Below, piece by piece: positions 53,698-64,000 of a stretch of 64,000 bases of DNA. The DNA comes from Amoebidium appalachense (lineage: Eukaryota; Protista; Ichthyosporea). The position numbers and the translations under genes are program-made. The DNA is taken from positions 1,651,989 through 1,715,988 of the forward strand of contig CAVNZM010000017.1 of NCBI GenBank assembly GCA_963693365.1, read 5' to 3'. The notes under the pieces were generated by a model. The model searched no databases, had not been told where the DNA came from, and saw only the letters and a list, made by a program, of their open reading frames with translations. Position 1 is the first letter of the stretch. Each line of letters opens with the position of its first letter.

Positions 53698-56600
53698 CTG
53701 CTCGCAAGTGTGCGGGCCCACACACAGACCCCCCCCCCCCCCCCCCCCCCCCCCCCATCTCTCTCTCTCTCTCTCAATCACAGGCTCACACACAAACAAA
53801 AACCGCTCTTCCAGATTTCTTTGCTCTTTTAGCAGCATATCATACCCAAAGTTAGCCCCCCCCCCTCCCCCTAACACATCCACACCCACACCACCACCAT
53901 CACCACTACGCACACAAACGGCCACACTCCAAAACCAAGACCTTCCCTCTTAACAGCTCTACTATTGCATGCAGCCCTTTCCCCCTCCTGTCCGTATTGC
54001 CGCTTTTGCCTTTCTGCAAGCACAAATATAGCACAGTCAAACCGTGCAAGACAAGACCATATGTGAGCTTGCAGCTTAACTCAAGCATTCGTACCATACC
54101 TGTCTTGTGATGTGACATCATCCTCATCATCCACCTCATATCCTGGTTGGTAAGACATTTTCATTCTCGTGGTTTATATTCCACCTACAAGAAAACAACG
54201 GTAAGTATCCATAAGTGTGTAAATGAAGCGACTCTCTTGAAAGGAATTGAAAATATGCTACATGACCCGCACACCACTTCAAGTTGCTAGAAACGATACT
54301 GTGTATGTGGATGTTTCAAGACCACTGCGGTGCTTCGCGTCATGTTTCTTTAACACATGTAAAAGCGCTCTATTTTATCAAAATACGACCCTGCCTCATT
54401 ACCCCCTTCTTGATTTCTATCTGCATCCCAAAGTTTTTCTATGGGCACCCTGTGGACTATTTCTCTAAGCGGCCCGATAAATGCTCTTTCTTCGTTTCTG
54501 CTTGTATCTAGGTCCTTTTGGGTAAGAGTGAAGACTCGAACTTAATGAAAGACACACACCACGCCGCATACAGGTCGATAATGTCAAGTGGCACACTCAC
54601 CTGAGACGCAGGGGTTTCACAGCTCTATGGTGCTCTTTTTTCTTCTTGCTGAGTTTTTCCTCGAGCTCCACACGACTTTGAATTGAACCCCTACCCGGTA
54701 TGATGTGCCAACTCACAAAGAAGTGCAAGTCCCTGGTCCAAAGAAACCAAAAAACGAACGAAACGGAACGTCTTACGGCAGTTTTTCCGTGAAGGTAGGC
54801 CTTGGGCTACCTTTTACTGTGTTCACTATACTAATTATTAAAAAGACAATGTGCTATGCCAAGTTTTGATTACCTGAGACGTCTAAGAGGGAACCGTTGT
54901 GTCACACCAACAATGGATGGTGCTAGCACTTGTTCTTTCGATAGACTAAACCATTATTTATTCTAATTGCTAAGCCTTTTACAGCCACCCATTACCCAAA
55001 AATTCTTATTACTAGGAGGAGTTAGTAGGTTTTAGCGGTTGAAAACGGCCACATGAACCTTTATACAGGGAGAGCGAGAGAAGAAAGACAACGAAAAAAA
55101 ACGAAAATTTAACCGCTGAAGCCCCTTCTAGCGCTCCTCCCTCAACAAGTCCTATCCCATTGTGTGTGCAAATCAACGCATAAGCCGCCATATAAACCCC
55201 AAACGGAGTTTTTGTTTCACGCAAAATGGGGTGAGTGGCGTATTGAGGAAAAAAAAAAGAGAGAGAGCCTGAAAATGTGTACGGGGGCAGATAGACTGTT
55301 CTGTGAACGGCTTGAATGGGCTGGAAGGGGTTGACGGCGGGAACACGGATCATGTGTTGGACAAGTGACCGTTAGCAAGCCACACCTGATTGGTTGCCCA
55401 CTTGGACATAGTTGTTTTCGAGCCAGCGGCGGCAAACGGCGCGGCTTTGAAAATGCAAGACGATCGGGCATTCTACATATGAATTTAAACACTAGAGCAA
55501 ACAATTAAGATAGAGTTATATAAATTACACAACTAACACATTATTATGCTCATTACGGAGTTAATGCAACACAAAAAAGCGCAACTAGTCCTAATAATGG
55601 CCGGCGGGTTCCTTCTGCTGTAGAATCAGGATAATAAAGCATTACCCTGTTCAGGAGTCAACAAACAAAGCCAATCACAGCCTGCTTCAAATAAGCCAAA
55701 TAAGGCAGGTGTGGAAATGTCCAGATTGAATAGAACTGAATGAGCGTGCTAACTTTTGAGCATTAGAAGCAATTTCATTGCAATTACTGGAGCCTAACCA
55801 AAAAAAGCTAGAAAATACGTTCTGGAGTATGGGAGCCTGAATAGAGCAGCCGCTGTCAACACGTTGCCTGACGACTGTGCCAAAGGAGTTGTTACTATTT
55901 TTAGCCAACTCGTGATGTGCGGCACTGTTGTTTGATTGGCACACTAAACTATGGTTTATTCTGATTGGCTTTGCCAGAATCATTCCTCTTTTTTTTTCTT
56001 TTTTTTTTTTTGGGCGGCCGTGTCAGTCGTTTGTGCACTGTCGTTTGTGGCTTGATCAAGTGCTCCCCTTTGTGTTAGGGGAATAGGATGGGAGTGGTGC
56101 TAAGACTCAAGGAAAGTTGGCTCGTAAATATAGCTTCCGTCAACACGCGCACTACTACTTATCTCAAGAGTATCTACACTGCACCACAGTACACGGGCGG
56201 CGGGCGGCGGGCCCGGTCTGCCAGGCCAGGGTACCCAGGGCTCGGAAATCCACGGCCCGCCTGGCGGCCACGGGCCCTACCAGGTAGCCGCACTCGTGCA
56301 GGGGTGGGGGGGAAGCCGGGGTAGACGGGGTTGGGGGCGGGGGGGCACGCAGGCAAAGCGCGTTGGGCGCCCGCGCCTGACCCTTCGCCAACCCCCGCGT
56401 GCCCTGGTCACACCCGGCCCGCGCCGCCCCCCTCCCCCTGCCTTCCCCACCCTCCCCCCACACCCAGGCCGGAGGAGGCCGGGTCGAGTTGCCGGCCCCC
56501 GTTCCCCACAGACGGGCGCTTTAGCCTCACTGTTTCCCCCCCTCTGTGCGTGTTGGCACTCGTGGGAGCTAGGGGGGGTTTCGCCGGCCGGGAGCTAGGT

Positions 56601-56850
56601 GGGTGTTTCGGCCGGCAGTGCTTCGAACACACACACACACACTACAAGCACTCAATCACCCCTCACACACACACACACACACACGACATTCGGCCGGCGG
56701 TGCTTCGAACACACACACACACAACAAGCACTCACACACTCAAGCACTCACACACTCACACACACACACACACGACACGCGCACACATGAACACACTCTG
56801 TGTGGCTGACACGCGCACACATGAACACACTCACCTAGCACAGCAACACA

Positions 56851-57073
56851 CTACAAGCACACTCCCTGCAACACACGAGCAAAAGCAAAACACTACAAGC
56901 ACACTCCCTGCAACACACAAGCAAAACTGCGCAAACACACTCACCTAGCCACACAGAGCAACACACTACTAGCCACACAGCGCAACACACTACAAGCACA
57001 CTCCCTGCAACACACAAGCAAAAGCAAAACGCTACAAGCACACTCCCTGCAACACACAAGCAAAGGCAAAACA
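56851..57073. repeat. About 42-bp minisatellite, 4 copies
   Basis: Unit CTACAAGCACACTCCCTGCAACACACAAGCAAAAGCAAAACA, arranged as two pairs. Confidence 0.85.
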
Positions 57074-57105
57074 TCCTGCAACACACACGCACACACACGC
57101 GCACC

Positions 57106-57137
<32 letters not shown>

Positions 57138-57946
57138 ACAAGACCCACCCATGCACTCAGACGTCATGTGCATGACACACACACACACACACACACACAC
57201 GGACTCGACCGGTCAATTCAGACACCCGTGGACACACACACACACACACACAACCAACCCATCACCCGTCAACTCACTCTCACCCATCACAATGCACTAT
57301 GCACACATGCCTGTGTGTGTGCGCGCACATGCCTGTGTGTGCGCGCGCACACATCACTGTCTACATAGCACAGCATCAGCTGCTGCTACCCTGACAAAAC
57401 TGATGCAACATGGGGCATTAATATTCTATGAAACAACACACACACGGTGGTTTGGGTACATTATCATTACTTCCACCCGTGCTTGAAACTTGGGCACAGC
57501 TAAAAGTTTGTACAGTTGTTAAAAGTGTGCTTCAATTCAAGAAGAGTGTTGGCCCCACTGCTCTGCACCGGGGAGGCCGCGGTTATAAAACATGATACAG
57601 GCTGTAACAATACCCTTTTTTTTTTTTTTTTTTTTTTTTTAAGTTCCCTCTCGATCATATTTTAGTCCAATTTCAACCCCAGTTCACGTTAAAGTCGAAA
57701 GACAGGGTAACCTACATACACTCTTCTCACTTATCTCACTCTTCTTTTCATCTCCGTTTGTGACCGTGCCACCTGAGGCTGACCTGTGTTGCCGCATGTC
57801 ACAATTATCATATCATCACTCCATGGCCACACAAGGGTATATGACATGCACTACGAGTGTTTCAAAACCTGGCCACAGGTGTGCACCTTCTTTCCAGGTG
57901 TCCCTCAAACCTCCCCCCACATCCGTATTGCTTTGTTGAACTCATC

Positions 57947-58606
57947 ATGTCGCTAAGCGAAAAAATCGCTTGCCTGCTTACGCTGCTTGGGGGGAGAACG
58001 GGCAGCTTCTTTGGCCGCCGAAACAAAAGTGAAACTATACTGTTAATTTCATTGAATTTCCCAAGATCTTCCTCGTAAACTTGTCTCCTTACTTTGCCGC
58101 TATGTTTCGCGAGCACCACGAGGATACAGGTACCAGCTACGCGCTTAAAGAAGCATCAAACGAACACAATCACTGTTAAAGACATCTCTTACCGCACACT
58201 CGCCACTTTTTTCGAACTTGCAGTTATTGAAGCCGCATTCACAACATCGTGCACAGAACAGCCAATGAACTACCCGTCCATTTTCTCGAAAAACGAAATT
58301 GTCCGGCTGGTACGTGTTGCAGGGATTTACCAGTGCAAGGGGGCGTTGGAACTTTTGGCTCACCACGCGGAGAAGGAACCGACTTTGGAACTACTCGTCG
58401 CATTTCACAAGTACAATATTGAGGTGGAATGGTCTGAGGGTACTCTCCAGAGAGTTGCAACAGAGGTTTTCCGCCCCAGTTATACTTACAGAGGTGGTGA
58501 CCCAGCAAAGTTCTACTTCGAAGACACCTACATGCGGACACTGTTCGAGTCTCTGCCCAAAAAGCTCATGACTGACCTCTTTGTCAGCAGGACGATTGAG
58601 CCTTGA
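57947..58606 (+). pseudogene. BTB/POZ-like pseudogene, paralog of the gene at 63320-64000
   Basis: IEFPKIFLVNLSPYFAAMF is out of frame with TNTITVKDISYRTLATFFEL..EIVRLVRVAGIYQCK..ELLVAFHKY (extra A near 58158-58160). There is a further stop or frameshift near 58040-58050. Confidence 0.75.
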
Positions 58607-58753
58607 TTGCAGGCCATCATTCAATCATGTAGGGGTTAGAAGCTCGAGTTTCTATGTGGCAGAGTACTATTACGGAGAACTATAGCACATAGCCGGGTGA
58701 TTGATTTATTGGTTAGCTTTTAGAAAGTTGTGTACTGTGTGTGTGTGTATGAG

Positions 58754-58799
<46 letters not shown>

Positions 58800-59273
58800 G
58801 GTGTACAGGGGGGTGGGAGGGAGGGAAGGAAGGGGGGTGGGTGTGAGAATAATATAGGTAGATATTATGCTCATAGGCAAATCAAATGGATACTATTCCT
58901 GGTGATACTAGTGTGCTTGTAAACGTGTGTTGTAGGACTCCGAAATTCGGAAGTCAGGAGTAGAATTGGTTGAGTGTAGTGAGGTATGGAGGTTGATAGA
59001 ATTGGTATGACTGGTATGCAGCTTAGTGAGCGTAGCTGGCTGTGATTGGTTGAAACGGATGAGTCTGGTACATTGGCCTCGGGTATATAAACCCGATTCA
59101 TGAAAGAAATAAATCACTTCGGTTTAGGTTAGCTTTTGGTGCACACAGATTTCCGACAGTGGGGGGAGAGGGAGGGAGAGAGAGATAGGGGAGAGGGGGA
59201 GGGGGGGGGGGAGAGAGAGAGAGAGAGAGAGAAAGAAAGGGAGAGAGAGATGGAGGGGGGGGGGGGAAAGGGG

Positions 59274-59512
<239 letters not shown>

Positions 59513-60192
59513 GGAGAGAGAGGGAGAGAGAGGGAGAGAGACAGAGAGAGAGACCACCATTGCCTCGAAGAAAGGGAGAGGGAGAGAGGGAGGGAGGAAG
59601 AGAACTGATAGAGAGGAGAGAAAGGGGATGGGGGGGGGGGGGGGGGGGGGGGATTAAAGAACGAGGATGAGATGATATTTGCCACTTGGGAGGTTTTTTT
59701 TTTTTTCTTTTTTTCTTTTTCTTTTCTTTTATTTTTTTTTTTCTTTTTTTGGGGGGGGGAGGGGGGGAGGGGGGAGGGGGAGGGGATGGGGGAGTAAAAG
59801 CGATAAATGCCGAGGGAAAATCATGGGGGGAAGAGGGGGGGGGGGGGGGGGGGGGTTGTAACTTGCGCATGCTGCCAGATATACATGTACACATGGTTGG
59901 GGTGGATCCGCGGTTCTCTTGCAGTGCTACCAGTGATCATAGTCACCCATGTACTTACAGTATGGATCACGAACGGGTGCTCAATGGAAAAGTGTCACGT
60001 ACCCCATTCCTTAACACATAAATGTGTTATGTGGCATGCGCAGAAAAAGAAAACGTGATTGCCGTGGGTAGATACGTCAGTACACAAATGCACATGATAC
60101 ACATACACCCATGTACACAGGCCCAGGCGCACGCTCACACACATACACACACCGTGCACACAACAGCACATGTACACACAGGCTAGTACGCG

Positions 60193-60230
<38 letters not shown>

Positions 60231-60299
60231 ACACACACACACACACACAAACCGTGGCGCAACAAATGACACAAACACACATACATGACACGCAGGCAC

Positions 60300-60375
<76 letters not shown>

Positions 60376-61786
60376 GTGACGCACACACACACACACACAC
60401 ACCGTCAAAAACACACACACACACACGACACTGCGATACACGGACGCCGCGCACACAAACCGTTCACACACCGTACACACACCAGCACTTATGCGCACAC
60501 ACATAGTCACGCACATGCACGCACACACAACATGCAAAAAGGATAAAAGGCAACCAACACACCATGCACACATAAGCACATGTCATCACAAAACAAAAGC
60601 AAACACGCGCACTCACGTGCGAATGTATAAAGCACGTGTAAATGTATAAATTACGTGCACACACAAAGCACACAAAATACAAAATACAACACACTTAAAG
60701 CACACAAAATTATATAGAAAGCACGTGCAAATGTATACTATGGAATACCTTTACCTCTCATTCAGTCTTTCCATTTTCACGGAGTTTCACTCCCTTCATT
60801 CCATTCTTCATCTTTCACTTCACCATGGTGTTCTGTACATGTTGAGTAAGCAGTTTAATCCCCCCCCCCCCCCTCCCCCCCCCCCCCCCCCCTGTATCCT
60901 ACATTCGGACAAACTTGAATTCCTAGACTCCCCAGACTTGAGATAATAACAAAAACAAATTTTGCATGACTGTGCAACTCAGTGCAAGGAAGATATAGAA
61001 ATTAATAGGAGGGTTCCTGTGTTTCTGTTTGTCTTAGTCTGGGAAACATCATTTTTTTTTTGCGGGGGGGGGGGGGGGGGGGGGGGGGGGGAAGGGAGGG
61101 GACGAGGGAATATGAGAAAGTCAAGGGGGGGGGGGGGGGGGGGATGGGATGTCCTATTCGGGAACTTGATGCATGCATCAGATTCTGTTGAAGGTGGGAG
61201 AGGGGGAGGGCCCGGGGTGAAGGGGGGGAGGGGGGCAGGGAGTGAGGAACGGGGAGAGAGGGGGGGGGGGGGGGGGAAGGGGGGGAGGAATTTGCTGAGT
61301 AAAGGGGAATGGGAGAAAGCGTTTGGAGAAGGGGGGGGGGGGGGTTATGAACCCCACAAACTGTGCCTGCTAAAATTTCGTATGAAAGGTTCTTAAAGCC
61401 TTTACTTATTAACCTGGGGCTCTGAGGGCAGATTGGTTGAATCAATTCACGTGACATGGTTTGCATTATGATGTATAAATAGCCTGGCAGCATGAAACGA
61501 TATCAATTGAATTTAGCCCATTTCAAATTCACCTCACCGAGGTTACAGTTACTGTATTCTACTTTGCTCTGCCTATACCGCACTCAGGCAGAATATAAAC
61601 GGGTGTAGAATGAACAAGTGCTACATACCCCGGCCCTCAAAACACATAGGTGGCATGTTCCAAAGAAAAAAAGGCGCTCGTCAGCCCGTATACACGCACG
61701 CACACGTTCGTGTATGCATGCATGCATGCACACATGCACAACACCCAAGCCGCGCGCACGCATGCGCGCACACACCACACACACAC

Positions 61787-61880
<94 letters not shown>

Positions 61881-62097
61881 AGCACCAATTCAAAACAACC
61901 ACATCGGCATGTACATGCACACACGCAAAAAAACAGTGACAAGGTGTAATTTAAAATGCCCCATGATGGATCTGGACACCCCAGCAGAGGGTTCAAAAAA
62001 TGTTTTTGTAAAGTGCCTTTACTTGTGGTCTAGGACCTTCCTGGAATACACCATCTGTTAATATATGAAAATGTGACGGAACATCCCCCCCACGCAA

Positions 62098-62372
<275 letters not shown>

Positions 62373-62394
62373 CAGAGAGAGAGAGAGAGCGCAC

Positions 62395-62502
<108 letters not shown>

Positions 62503-62503
62503 T

Positions 62504-62601
<98 letters not shown>

Positions 62602-63031
62602 AAGAGAGAGAGAGAGAGAGAGAGAGTCGTCATGCGGCGGTCACCATGGCCATGTGTATCTCATAATGAACAACTTATATAATTATGGCATATCCTTAAT
62701 CTTCAGTGTCCATTTTCCATTCTTATCCGAATCTAGATCTGCAGATAAAAGTGGTCTAGTGGCACCTTAGAGTGATATCCGACGGGGTGGTGCATAGGTT
62801 AAAAATACTGTTGGAGTCAGATCATGCCACACAGAAAACCAAACTCATAGTATTTAACAAGAGATACTATAGATATCATATATCCTATAACTCATACACA
62901 CTAATCAGATCTACGCGTGCTATTACCACGTTGTGGCATCTACCCCGAATATGCACGACGGGCAGGCAAGAAATCTCTATGGCCGGCTGGTGAAGGTGTG
63001 TGTGTGTGTGTGTGTGTGTGGGGGGGGGGAA

Positions 63032-63064
<33 letters not shown>

Positions 63065-63319
63065 GGGGGGGGGGGGGGGGGGAGGGAGGGGGGGGGGGGG
63101 GAAGAAAAATAAGAAAGCCTTAAAGAGAACAGATAGAAAAAAACAGGAAAGCGGAGCGGAAAAGAAAAGAAAAAAAAAATGAAATGAAAGCCAACGTGTT
63201 TATGTGTTACTATGATGAGTATAGATGTTAAATTTCGTAATGCTACTTCTAAGTATAAAGATCGAGTGTCACCAAAAACGAGTTTATAAATGCCAAACAC
63301 TTCAATAGTTCCTGAGGCT

Positions 63320-64000
63320 TCAGTAATAAAAGGGAGAGTCGGAACACTTCAACTTCTGCAAGCACATCTCTGCCATGACTTTTCGGGGCAACGAAGTGAA
63401 CAGCTTTCGGTGTTCAGAATGCACGAAGTCCAGATGCCCATCCTCGGATTTTGTGTTTCTTTTTATATGCAGAGCTTCCCTTGCCACCTTACTGATAGCA
63501 TCTGCCGGCCACTCAACCTTGTGCTTGTACTTGTGGAATGCGACCATCAGCTCAATGCACGGCTTTTTCTTTGCCTGGTGGGCAAGAAGTTCCAGCAAAT
63601 CTTTGCACTCGTACATTGACGCAACACGCACCAGCCGAATGATTTCTTCTTTCGTCAACCCGAGATCGAAGCCGTAAAAGGGGTCGGTTGGTGAGACACG
63701 AAACCCACACGTCTTTCTTGCCGCCAGAGCAATGTTCAGTTCAAAGAAAGTGTTCAATGTGTCGTAGGAAATGTTCGTGATGGTGATGGTGTTTGTTGTA
63801 GCCTCAATCAGTCCGTGTTGAGTGGCTGAATCAGAAAACATGCTGGCAAAGTAGGAGGAGACGTTGACGAGAAAAGATTTCTGAAGTTCAATAGTTTGAG
63901 TCTTCGTCATTTCGGCATGCTGGCGTCGGGAGTAGGTGCACGTGGTAGTAGTCTGAATGTTCACTTCAGTATCAGCAAGAACGTCTTGTTTCTCTTTTTC
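63320..64000 (-). CDS. BTB/POZ-like domain protein, intronless within the window; 5' end lies beyond the window
   Basis: The frame is open to the window edge (EKEKQDVLADTEVNIQ..). BTB-like pattern FLVNVSSYFASMF..IEATTNTITITNISYDTLNTFFE..VASMYECKDL. Clear paralog at 57947-58606. Confidence 0.75.
   Translation of the reverse strand, partial: EKEKQDVLADTEVNIQTTTTCTYSRRQHAEMTKTQTIELQKSFLVNVSSYFASMFSDSATQHGLIEATTNTITITNISYDTLNTFFELNIALAARKTCGFRVSPTDPFYGFDLGLTKEEIIRLVRVASMYECKDLLELLAHQAKKKPCIELMVAFHKYKHKVEWPADAISKVAREALHIKRNTKSEDGHLDFVHSEHRKLFTSLPRKVMAEMCLQKLKCSDSPFYY

Noticed and set aside
56851-57073. CRISPR-like array
   Set aside because: Tandem units without unique spacers, eukaryotic context and no cas genes.

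Overview
Eukaryotic, intron-rich genomic DNA. Introns and intergenic DNA are saturated with poly(C)/poly(G) runs and (CA)n/(GA)n microsatellites, which produce most of the ORF track as artefact. Splicing GT-AG exons by hand, with phase checks, gives four multi-exon genes: an inositol polyphosphate 5-phosphatase (minus), an NDUFAF4-like complex I assembly factor (plus, head-to-head with it), LCMT1/PPM1 (plus) and a divergent T-box transcription factor (minus). Also present are an intronless multi-pass membrane protein, a BTB-like gene with a pseudogenised paralog, a decayed LINE, a 5'-truncated Penelope-like (Naiad/Chlamys-type) RT fragment and a 449-bp near-perfect palindrome. A T-box gene implies an opisthokont; a unicellular holozoan such as an ichthyosporean, or an early-diverging fungus, is only my inference. 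The most interesting signal is two related families of short repeats whose 3' ends abut poly(C). They share a covarying, pseudoknotted RNA fold carrying all hammerhead core motifs (GUU, GAAA, CUGANGA) in a non-circularly permuted order, and they are arrayed head-to-tail with the Penelope-like RT fragment in one LCMT1 intron. Nothing was checked against databases; coordinates were counted by hand.
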